Below, piece by piece: positions 40,130 through 47,273 of a DNA stretch of 64,000 nt. The stretch covers positions 1-64,000 of IMG/VR virus record IMGVR_UViG_3300006982_000001. One strand, given 5' to 3'. The translations under genes were made by a program, and so were the position numbers. The notes beneath the pieces are model-generated. The model was not told where the DNA came from and searched no databases. It saw only the letters and a program-made list of their open reading frames with translations. This stretch comes from a virus. The stretch's first letter is position 1, and the number at the start of each line of letters is the position of its first letter.

Positions 40130-40519
40130 ATGGCTCACCAAGATTTGTTCCACTATCAGGCCCGCATCGAGCGGATCGTAGACGGTGATACATACGACGT
40201 CGTGATCGACATCGGTTTCAAGCTCTCGAAAGAGATCAGGATCCGTCTGAACGACGTCAACACCGCCGAGACCTACGGAGTCAAGAAGGAATCCGAGGAG
40301 TACCAGAATGGGATCGCTCACAAGACCTTCGTCGAGGAGTGGCTCCACAAAGCACAAGCCGACTCCGAGCACGAGTTCCCCGTTCTGATGCGGACTCACA
40401 AGCACGAGAAGGGGAAGTATGGTCGCTACGTGGCCGACGTGGTCCGCCGATCCGATGGCGCTGTCCTCTCCGAGGATCTGCTCGAGGAGTTCGACACGGT
40501 CGAGAAGGTGGACTACTGA
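40130..40519 (+). CDS. Staphylococcal-nuclease (SNase/thermonuclease)-like nuclease
   Basis: RIVDGDTYDVVID...IRIRLNDVNTAETYG...GKYGRYVADV. Confidence 0.75.
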   Translation: MAHQDLFHYQARIERIVDGDTYDVVIDIGFKLSKEIRIRLNDVNTAETYGVKKESEEYQNGIAHKTFVEEWLHKAQADSEHEFPVLMRTHKHEKGKYGRYVADVVRRSDGAVLSEDLLEEFDTVEKVDY

Positions 40520-40529
40520 CCCGCAGACC

Positions 40530-40541
40530 CATAGATTTATA
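40530..40541 (+). promoter_or_regulatory. BRE/TATA promoter of tRNA operon 2
   Basis: CATAGATTTATA; 37 nt before tRNA-Asp. Confidence 0.65.
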
Positions 40542-40572
40542 TTCATCGGTGCTATACGGCAAGACGCGATGA

Positions 40573-40645
40573 GCCGAGCTGGTGTAGTCAGGAAACATCG
40601 TGCCCTGTCACGGCGCGGCCGCGAGTTCAAATCTCGCGCTCGGCG
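40573..40645 (+). tRNA. tRNA-Asp: tRNA-Asp(GTC)
   Basis: gccgagc/gctcggc; gtgcc-ctGTCac-ggcgc; gcgag-ttcaaat-ctcgc. Confidence 0.9.
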
Positions 40646-40648
40646 TGC

Positions 40649-40723
40649 AGCGGGATGGGATAGCCAGATCACTCCGCCGGGTTCATATCCCGGAGAACGC
40701 AGGTTCAAATCCTGCTCCCGCTA
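40649..40723 (+). tRNA. tRNA-iMet: tRNA-Met(CAT), initiator-type
   Basis: A1-U72 (agcggga/tcccgct); anticodon stem ccGGG-ttCATat-CCCgg with three G-C pairs next to loop. Confidence 0.8.
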
Positions 40724-40870
40724 TGCGCCTCTCCGGCGCTCACTAAGTAGGAGTTCGGTTCCAACCACCGGGCAGGTGGCTGTCACACGCTCCTGACCCG
40801 ACCCCCGAATCCCATAACGAGGATAGAAAACGCTCGCAAGGTCCGGACGCTCCCGGACTACAATCCTCGC
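40724..40870 (+). other. 147-nt tRNA-free, hairpin-rich spacer inside tRNA operon 2 (candidate ncRNA or decayed tRNA)
   Basis: gcgcc-tctcc-ggcgc; ccacc-gggca-ggtgg; cgaggat...gtccgg-acgctc-ccggac...atcctcg. Confidence 0.3.
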
Positions 40871-40944
40871 GGGCTCGTAGTTCAGCTCGGTAGAACCCCC
40901 GCTTCGCAAGTGGGAGGCCGCCGGTTCAAGTCCGGCCGAGTCCA
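40871..40944 (+). tRNA. tRNA-Ala: tRNA-Ala(CGC)
   Basis: gggctcg/cgagtcc with G3-U70; cccgc-ttCGCaa-gtggg; gccgg-ttcaagt-ccggc. Confidence 0.9.
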
Positions 40945-40955
40945 TCGCTCATCGC

Positions 40956-41034
40956 GGGCAGGTAGCAAAGGCGATGCGCAGCCTGCACCGGGCCTTTAAC
41001 CCGGCTATCGTGGGTTCAATTCCCACCCTGCCCT
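40956..41034 (+). tRNA. tRNA-Lys: tRNA-Lys(TTT), enlarged D-loop, C33
   Basis: gggcagg/cctgccc; ccggg-ccTTTaa-cccgg; gtggg-ttcaatt-cccac; 79 nt. Confidence 0.7.
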
Positions 41035-41042
41035 CTCAGCGA

Positions 41043-41129
41043 GCTCCCGTGGGGTAGCGGACACACGCTCTCAGGCAATCCTACCGGCCTTTCGAGCCGG
41101 TGACGTCGGTTCGACTCCGACCGGGAGCA
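41043..41129 (+). tRNA. tRNA-Glu: tRNA-Glu(TTC) with 22-nt D-loop
   Basis: gctcccg/cgggagc; ccggc-ctTTCga-gccgg; gtcgg-ttcgact-ccgac; D-stem gggt/atcc encloses 22 nt; 87 nt. Confidence 0.7.
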
Positions 41130-41173
41130 TCAGCGGCAGAGCAAAGAGGACGTCTGTCCTACCGCTCTGGTGA

Positions 41174-41248
41174 CGGCAGGTAGCTCAGAGGCCGCAAGCG
41201 ACGGACTGTAGATCCGTGTCGACGGAGGTTCAATTCCTTCCCTGCCGA
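41174..41248 (+). tRNA. tRNA-Tyr: tRNA-Tyr(GTA)
   Basis: C1-G72 (cggcagg/cctgccg); acgga-ctGTAga-tccgt; ggagg-ttcaatt-ccttc. Confidence 0.85.
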
Positions 41249-41249
41249 T

Positions 41250-41405
41250 TTGACCATCGAGGAGTGTCCTAACTGCGGGGAGCAATCCCCGGAAACGGCT
41301 CAGGCTTTACGAGCTCGGACGCTCCTCTGTTGTTCTTCGACGTGGATCCCCGGACGTGGAGTCGTGATCACTCCGGCGGGTGACGAGCTTCCGTTGGATG
41401 AATAG
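41250..41405 (+). CDS. Possible small CPxCG zinc-finger protein (TTG start, 51 aa)
   Basis: TIEECPNCGEQ...; stop is TAG of the next promoter 12-mer; weak. Confidence 0.25.
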   Translation: MTIEECPNCGEQSPETAQALRARTLLCCSSTWIPGRGVVITPAGDELPLDE

Positions 41406-41412
41406 ATTTATA
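41401..41412 (+). promoter_or_regulatory. BRE/TATA promoter of tRNA operon 3
   Basis: AATAGATTTATA; 103 nt before tRNA-Asn. Confidence 0.65.
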
Positions 41413-41509
41413 CGGTATGCTCCTCTCTGTCCGAGTAGACGATGCCCCACCCGAATCGATCGTCATCGTTGCTATCCTCTCTTCTTAGTCGATAGTGCAA
41501 CGGTGGCGT

Positions 41510-41583
41510 GCCGGGTAGACTCGCTTGGTGCGGGTGCCTGACTGTTAATCAGGATGCGCGAGGTTCGATCCCTCGACCCGGCG
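41510..41583 (+). tRNA. tRNA-Asn: tRNA-Asn(GTT)
   Basis: gccgggt/acccggc; cctga-ctGTTaa-tcagg; cgagg-ttcgatc-cctcg. Confidence 0.9.
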
Positions 41584-41626
41584 TAAACCGTTGCTCTCGT
41601 GTGTAGATAGCAGACTCCTATACAGA

Positions 41627-41711
41627 GGGTGGATGCCCGAGTCAGGTCGAAGGGGTCCGGCTCAGGACCGGATGCTTAGTGTCTTCGCAGGTTCAAATCC
41701 TGCTCCGCCCA
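41627..41711 (+). tRNA. tRNA-Leu: tRNA-Leu(CAG)
   Basis: gggtgga/tccgccc; tccgg-ctCAGga-ccgga; long variable arm; gcagg-ttcaaat-cctgc. Confidence 0.85.
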
Positions 41712-41714
41712 TAG

Positions 41715-41799
41715 GGTGCGCATCGGGGATCTGGCTACCCGACCCGCCTGCTACGCGGGATCCCTCCGTGGACACTCGGTTCGATTCCGAGGCGCACCG
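41715..41799 (+). tRNA. tRNA-Ser: tRNA-Ser(GCT)
   Basis: ggtgcgc/gcgcacc; cccgc-ctGCTac-gcggg; long variable arm; ctcgg-ttcgatt-ccgag. Confidence 0.85.
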
Positions 41800-41803
41800 T
41801 CGG

Positions 41804-41887
41804 GCCGACGTTACCGTAGTCAGGCCAACGGACTCGTTTGGAGGACGAGAGCCGAGAGGTTCCCCGGTTCAAATCCGGGCGTCGGCG
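41804..41887 (+). tRNA. tRNA-Ser: tRNA-Ser(GGA)
   Basis: gccgacg/cgtcggc; ctcgt-ttGGAgg-acgag; long variable arm; cccgg-ttcaaat-ccggg. Confidence 0.85.
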
Positions 41888-41890
41888 TCT

Positions 41891-41975
41891 GGTGGGATGG
41901 CGGAAGTGGACGATCGCGCCTGTCTTGAAAACAGGTACCCGAGAGGGTTTCAGGGTTCGAATCCCTGTCCCACCG
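41891..41975 (+). tRNA. tRNA-Ser: tRNA-Ser(TGA)
   Basis: ggtggga/tcccacc; cctgt-ctTGAaa-acagg; long variable arm; caggg-ttcgaat-ccctg. Confidence 0.85.
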
Positions 41976-41978
41976 CTC

Positions 41979-42080
41979 GCGGGCGTGGCAGAGCTTGGCC
42001 GAACGCGTCTGGCTTAAGACCAGATGAGTGTAGGCTCAACGGGGCAACCCATTACGTAGGTTCGAATCCTACCGCCCGCA
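41979..42080 (+). tRNA. tRNA-Leu: tRNA-Leu(TAA), 102 nt with ~31-nt variable region
   Basis: gcgggcg/cgcccgc; tctgg-ctTAAga-ccaga; gtagg-ttcgaat-cctac; variable region includes ggg-gcaa-ccc hairpin. Confidence 0.65.
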
Positions 42081-42610
42081 TTAACCTCTTTACTCAGTAG
42101 GTCTTAATTTCTTGTATGACGTCTGAATGTCCTACTTGTGGTGAGGGGTTTGGTAGTCAGAAGGCGATGAAGATACACCATAAAGCGAAACACGGGCAAA
42201 GTTTAGCAACAGAGAAATCTACTTGTCTGTCGTGCGATTCCGAGTTTTCCTACTACCCCTCAAATCGATCTGGAGAATTATGTCACGAGTGTAGTGATAA
42301 ACACTCCGATGAGTGGTCTGAACATATGATGAGTCTGAAAGGGCCTGAAGATATAGATGGTCGTTCTTCCGAAGATAGTACCCTACACAAGCGTCGGAGG
42401 ATTCAGCAGATCAAATTGGGGGTAGGGTGTTCTGAGTGTGGATACAACGAACATCCTGCTGCTCTGGATTTCCACCACTTAGAAAACAAAGATCGCAGTA
42501 TTACGAGGTTGGTATCTGGTAACTTCAAATGGAGCAGGGTTCTAACAGAACTTCAAAAGTGCGATGTTCTATGTAGCAATTGTCATAGAGTGATTCATTC
42601 ATCTGCATAG
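42081..42610 (+). mobile_element. ZnF-HNH homing cassette adjoining tRNA-Leu(TAA) (left boundary may lie inside the tRNA)
   Basis: Low GC; followed by an orphan tRNA 3' fragment with nearly the same acceptor strand. Confidence 0.55.
42116..42610 (+). CDS. HNH homing endonuclease with N-terminal C2H2 zinc finger
   Basis: CPTCGEGFGSQKAMKIHHKAKH; LDFHHLENKD...CDVLCSNCH; low GC. Confidence 0.85.
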   Translation: MTSECPTCGEGFGSQKAMKIHHKAKHGQSLATEKSTCLSCDSEFSYYPSNRSGELCHECSDKHSDEWSEHMMSLKGPEDIDGRSSEDSTLHKRRRIQQIKLGVGCSECGYNEHPAALDFHHLENKDRSITRLVSGNFKWSRVLTELQKCDVLCSNCHRVIHSSA

Positions 42611-42642
42611 GTCCCACGCGGGTTCAAATCCCGTCGCCCGTA
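42611..42642 (+). pseudogene. Orphan tRNA 3' fragment (T-arm plus 3' acceptor strand)
   Basis: gcggg-ttcaaat-cccgt then cgcccgt-a; acceptor strand differs by 1 nt from that of tRNA-Leu(TAA) (cgcccgc-a); no 5' half. Confidence 0.7.
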
Positions 42643-42652
42643 TGTCACGAAG

Positions 42653-42913
42653 ATGCCCCGTTCAACTAAGAGGGTTCGTCTCGAAAGTGAGAGTGTGAGG
42701 GTAGACTATTACGATGTAGGAGCACTCATCGTGCTCACGGTCGTCGGGTTTGCGTCGTACGGTATTCCCGGAGCAATAGTAGCGAGCGGCCTCGTCCTCA
42801 CGTTCTTCGCTGCCACTCACGTTCTGATCGTCCGACCGGTCAACGCGGTGGAGGAGCTCGAAGATGAGTTGCTCAAAGAGCCTATCGAGGAGGATGAAGA
42901 AGTAGATGAATAG
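42653..42913 (+). CDS. Membrane protein with acidic tail
   Basis: GALIVLTVVGFASYGIPGAIVASGLVLTFFAATHVLIV. Confidence 0.55.
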   Translation: MPRSTKRVRLESESVRVDYYDVGALIVLTVVGFASYGIPGAIVASGLVLTFFAATHVLIVRPVNAVEELEDELLKEPIEEDEEVDE

Positions 42914-42946
42914 CGACTTAGAGATGCTCTATCACGAGTAGATCCG

Positions 42947-42962
42947 ATAAAAAGTTTTTACT
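42947..42962 (+). promoter_or_regulatory. Variant A/T-rich promoter (ATAAAAAGTTTTTACT)
   Basis: ~30 nt before ATG 42985; similar AAGAGTTTTACT at 62013. Confidence 0.35.
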
Positions 42963-42984
42963 CCCCGTATCTAAGGATCTATCG

Positions 42985-43692
42985 ATGAGCGACTCCCAGC
43001 TACCAGACAAAGCCAAGCGCGACGGGCCACGCTTCCGCCGGGTCGAACAGAGACGGCGGGTCGCGCTGGCGAAGTATTACGGGACGGGATCCGGCGAGGA
43101 GTGGGACATCCCCGATATCGCCGACTACCTCCGAGTCTCCGAAGACACCGTCAAAGACTACCTCTACGACACCGAGATGGGCGACCGCGTTCGAGAAATG
43201 TTCCCCGCCGCCGAGGAGCGGATGAAGATGGACATCCTCCTCGAGAAGAAAGAGCGCCTCGACAAGCTCCGGGAACTCTTCGAGGACAAGCTCGACGAGA
43301 AGGAGATCTCCGTCACGGGGCACCGGATCGAGTCGGCGCAGGCTGATATGAACTTCGAGAACGTCGAGGGCGTCAAACCCCCATCGATGGACGGCGTGAG
43401 CAACACGATCAGGCTGGACGCGCCGACCCCTGATCAATTCGAGGAGCGATCTGTCTTCGACGACGAGACCCGTGCGATCCTCAGAGAAATTCGGAAGCAC
43501 GAGAACGACATCCGGGAGATGATGTCCCTCGACGAGCCAGACGAGGTCCGTACCGAGCACCACGGGGACGCGGTCGTGGAGCAGAAGATCTACAACTTCG
43601 ACGGTGCCGACAGTACGCTCCCGGATGCTGAGATCGTCGACGTGGACGCTCAGCCCGTAGACACCGAGTCCGTGGGGCCAACTGATGAGTAG
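42985..43692 (+). CDS. Putative small terminase subunit
   Basis: Immediately upstream of and overlapping TerL; HTH-like IADYLRVSEDTVKDYL; coiled-coil; position-based. Confidence 0.45.
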   Translation: MSDSQLPDKAKRDGPRFRRVEQRRRVALAKYYGTGSGEEWDIPDIADYLRVSEDTVKDYLYDTEMGDRVREMFPAAEERMKMDILLEKKERLDKLRELFEDKLDEKEISVTGHRIESAQADMNFENVEGVKPPSMDGVSNTIRLDAPTPDQFEERSVFDDETRAILREIRKHENDIREMMSLDEPDEVRTEHHGDAVVEQKIYNFDGADSTLPDAEIVDVDAQPVDTESVGPTDE

Positions 43693-45160
43693 TGCCTCGA
43701 GCGGAGGAGTCGACGACAACGTCCGTAAGAAGCCGTTCACGCCTACTCCGACGCAGAAAGAGTTCCTGCGGAATACGAAGAAGCAGGTTCTGATGAGCGG
43801 GTCGTTCGGGGCTGGGAAGTCTCGGATCGGATGTGAGAAGGGCTATATGCTGAATCTGAAGTACCCCGGCAACCGTGGGCTGATCGTCCGGGACCAATAC
43901 ACGGACGTCTGGAGCTCGACGATCGACCAGACGCTCCTCGAGGAGGTAATCCCCGAGAGTCACATCGTCGAGCACAACCAGACGAAGCACAAGATCACTC
44001 ACTTCACGGGGACGCGCGGGCCTGACAAAGAGCCCGTCACCTCAGAGATTCAGTACCACGGGCTGGACGCTGGCGGGTCTGATGGACTACCGACGAAGAT
44101 CGGTGGTCAGCAGTATGGATGGATCTTCGTGGATGAGGGTATCGAGATCTCAAAGTCCGCGTGGGTTCAGCTCCTCGGACGTCTCCGGTACACGGGGAAG
44201 GAGATGAACGGTCGACGCTACGAAGTCCCCTTCCGTCAGATCTTCACGGCGACGAACCCGGCCTCGAAGGCTCATTGGATGTACCAATGGTTCTTCAACT
44301 CGGAGAAGGACGACGCGAAAGCCTACCGGATGACTGCTCACGAGCTGGCGAAGCACGTCCCTACCGTCCCGAACGACTACGTGGAGACGATGGAGTCGAA
44401 CTTCACGGGGATGTACGCCGACCGGTACATTCACGGTGAGTGGGTAGCTGCCAGCGGGCTGGTCTACAACGAGTATGACCCAGAGATCCACCTCCGTCCT
44501 TCGCAGGATCTACCCGGAGAGTGGACGGTGGACTCGAGGATCGATCACGGCGAGTACGAGACCGTCCTCGCTCTCCCACCTGAGGGCTGGCGTGTCTACC
44601 GGAGTATCGACTTTGGGTATCGGAATCCGTTCGTCTGTCAGTGGTGGGCGCGGAATCCTCAGACGGACAAGCACGTAATGTTCCGAGAAGTCTATCGGAC
44701 GGAGGAGCTGATGGAGGATCTGGCCGTGGAGATCAAGCGTCTCACGGACGGGATGCGGATCGAGCAGTCCTACGCAGACCCTGCCTCTGCCGAGGATCGG
44801 GCGACTCTCGCTCGTCACGGTGTGGAGACGACGGAGGCCAAGAAGGACGTCAGCTCAGGTGTTCAGGAGGTCAAGGGCAAGCTCAATACGGCCGACGACG
44901 GGCCGAAGCTGATGTTTATGTCGGGAGCTCTGGCGCACGCTCCTGATCCGAACCTCAACGACGAGGGAGCTCCTGTCAAGACAGTCGACGAGATCCGCGA
45001 TTACCAGTGGAAAGATAATAAGGATGCGCCAGAAAAGGAGGACGACCACGGGATGGACACGATGCGCTACTACGTTCACACGGTATCTCAGGGCAGTACG
45101 TGGACGCAGGATGAGATGGAGCGCCTCGAGTCGATGTTCAACTCGGACGGAGGATTCTGA
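43685..45160 (+). CDS. terL: Terminase large subunit
   Basis: Walker A GSFGAGKS, Walker B WIFVDEG, C-terminal nuclease-type DDHGMDTMRYY. Confidence 0.85.
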   Translation: MSSASSGGVDDNVRKKPFTPTPTQKEFLRNTKKQVLMSGSFGAGKSRIGCEKGYMLNLKYPGNRGLIVRDQYTDVWSSTIDQTLLEEVIPESHIVEHNQTKHKITHFTGTRGPDKEPVTSEIQYHGLDAGGSDGLPTKIGGQQYGWIFVDEGIEISKSAWVQLLGRLRYTGKEMNGRRYEVPFRQIFTATNPASKAHWMYQWFFNSEKDDAKAYRMTAHELAKHVPTVPNDYVETMESNFTGMYADRYIHGEWVAASGLVYNEYDPEIHLRPSQDLPGEWTVDSRIDHGEYETVLALPPEGWRVYRSIDFGYRNPFVCQWWARNPQTDKHVMFREVYRTEELMEDLAVEIKRLTDGMRIEQSYADPASAEDRATLARHGVETTEAKKDVSSGVQEVKGKLNTADDGPKLMFMSGALAHAPDPNLNDEGAPVKTVDEIRDYQWKDNKDAPEKEDDHGMDTMRYYVHTVSQGSTWTQDEMERLESMFNSDGGF

Positions 45161-45162
45161 CT

Positions 45163-47271
45163 ATGAGTAGACTCACAAAGCCGCTGAAGGCGGCGAAACA
45201 ACGGTTCGAGAACGAGGTCTTCGGCGTCCTCGCGAAGTACGGGTATCCCCCGTTCGGTCGTGGGCAGCGCGGAGGACGAGGGCGAGGGTCCCAAGAGGCG
45301 AAGCCACCATACGCCTACGAGGTCGACCCTCGCTGGTTGATCAACGTCGCGAACAACCAGTCGATTATGAACAACTCCGTGGAGACGAAGGTCCACCAGA
45401 CCTTCCGACGCGGCTTCACGGGGCTGGAGAAGCGTTGGGAAGCGAAGTGCCCGGAGTGCGATCACACCTTCTCCACACTCGATCCGTTCAAGCTGGACGA
45501 GGAGATCTCCGACGAAGAAGTCGATATGGACACCCCTCGTCTCTGCCCGCACGCGGAGTGCCCGAGTGAGGGGCCGGTCGAGATGATCACGCCTGATCCG
45601 TCCAATCGGGACGTCGCCGAGTCGTTCCTCGAGCGGGCGAATATGCGGGACACGAACGACGATCTGGATCCGGGACGTCACGCCTCGATCAGTCAGACGT
45701 TCCTCGAGGTCTGTGAGACCGTCGCCAGAGACATTCAGGTGTTCGACGATGGCTGGATGATCTTCGAGCGGTCCTACGTTCTGGAGGAGGACGGGAGCGT
45801 CTTTCAGTGGAATCTCCGCGACGTCCACCGAGCGCCTGCTCATCTGATGCGCTACTCCGTGGACGACGACTCAGGGAAGATCGGTAACGAGTATTGGGTC
45901 TGTCTCGAGTGCAGAGCGAAGAACCCCGAAGACTATTCCCCGGAGAAGAAGCCCGGAGAGTGCCAAAAATGCGGAAGTCGGACTTATGAAGTATTCGCCT
46001 ATATGCTGGACGACATTATGGGCGACCCGGTGGAATACTACATCCGGGGTGAGTTCGCTCACGCGAGCGAGTACCAGCCCTCGTTCCTCTACGGCTACTC
46101 GCCGATCCTGTCTGTCTGGCAGGAGGGACGGACGCTGGAGAATATGGACTCGTGGTATCAGGAGGCATACGAGCAGCGTCGTGCCCCGCGAGGAGCGATC
46201 ATCATCCGCTCGTCGAACGCCGAGTCCGTCCGCGCGTGGAACACAGAGCAGATGGAGAAGCTGAACGCCGACGACGGTCACATCCCGACGTTCATCGACG
46301 ACACCGATGGACAGGGCGATCCGCTCAAATTCGAGCCACTCCTCGAGGAGCCAGCGGCGATGCAGCATATGGAGATGCGTGAGTGGTTCAAGGACCGGAT
46401 CTCCTCGAAGTTCGGCGTCACTCAGGTCTTCCAAGACGCCGGAGCAGAGTCCTCTGGGATGAGTCAGTCCCTCGAGATCGTGGTGACGAACAGATCCACG
46501 GAGCGACTCAAGAGCGTCTTCGACGACGTCTTCCTGCCAGCGTTCCTCGGACAGGTAAAAGCCGAAGGCTGGGAGCTGCGAGTGTCCCCGCCCGAACCCG
46601 AAGACGAGCAGGCCGAAGCTCAGCTCACGGGCCGTCACCTGAACAATCTTCAGGTCGCTCAACAACTCGGGCTCGATGCTGAATGGACTGACGAAGACGT
46701 CGCCGACATCAAACAGGGAGAGATTGCCGATGAACCTCAGGGCGGAGGCGCTGAGGGTAATATGGCAGAAGCGCTCGCCGGTGGAGAACCTGAAGACGCG
46801 CCCGGTCAGGGTGGATCCGGTGGCACGACCCCGTCCGGTGGACGTCCAGATGAGCCGAATGAGATGGGCGGAGCTCCTGATGAGCCGCAGGATCCGTCCA
46901 CAGACGAACCCTACAACCGGCAGGACTCTGGTGGCAGCGGCTCGGTGACGTCCGGGTCGAGCGGCTACTCAAGTACGTCCTACGGCGGGGCTGACGAGGA
47001 GATCAGCGAGTACCTTCAGTCCGTCCGAGAGGCTCTGAACGAGGACGAATCTAAGGCTGATGACGCCGTCTCTGAGGCGAAGGAGGCATACAACGGTGCA
47101 GGTATCGGACCGGGCATCGAACGGCTCACAGCGCTTGCACACGACCCAGACAAGTCCTTCCAAGATCTCCGACGAGCTGAAGGCGGGGATTGGGTGGAGG
47201 ACTACACCAAGAACCACGTCGTCCGCCAGATGTACGACATCGTCCAGCGGGCACCCCCGGAGGATGAGTAA
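45163..47271 (+). CDS. Putative portal protein (702 aa) with Zn-ribbon insertions
   Basis: Position directly after TerL, size, acidic/Gly-rich tail; CPECDH...CPHAEC and CLECRA...CQKCG. Confidence 0.6.
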   Translation: MSRLTKPLKAAKQRFENEVFGVLAKYGYPPFGRGQRGGRGRGSQEAKPPYAYEVDPRWLINVANNQSIMNNSVETKVHQTFRRGFTGLEKRWEAKCPECDHTFSTLDPFKLDEEISDEEVDMDTPRLCPHAECPSEGPVEMITPDPSNRDVAESFLERANMRDTNDDLDPGRHASISQTFLEVCETVARDIQVFDDGWMIFERSYVLEEDGSVFQWNLRDVHRAPAHLMRYSVDDDSGKIGNEYWVCLECRAKNPEDYSPEKKPGECQKCGSRTYEVFAYMLDDIMGDPVEYYIRGEFAHASEYQPSFLYGYSPILSVWQEGRTLENMDSWYQEAYEQRRAPRGAIIIRSSNAESVRAWNTEQMEKLNADDGHIPTFIDDTDGQGDPLKFEPLLEEPAAMQHMEMREWFKDRISSKFGVTQVFQDAGAESSGMSQSLEIVVTNRSTERLKSVFDDVFLPAFLGQVKAEGWELRVSPPEPEDEQAEAQLTGRHLNNLQVAQQLGLDAEWTDEDVADIKQGEIADEPQGGGAEGNMAEALAGGEPEDAPGQGGSGGTTPSGGRPDEPNEMGGAPDEPQDPSTDEPYNRQDSGGSGSVTSGSSGYSSTSYGGADEEISEYLQSVREALNEDESKADDAVSEAKEAYNGAGIGPGIERLTALAHDPDKSFQDLRRAEGGDWVEDYTKNHVVRQMYDIVQRAPPEDE

Positions 47272-47273
47272 CG

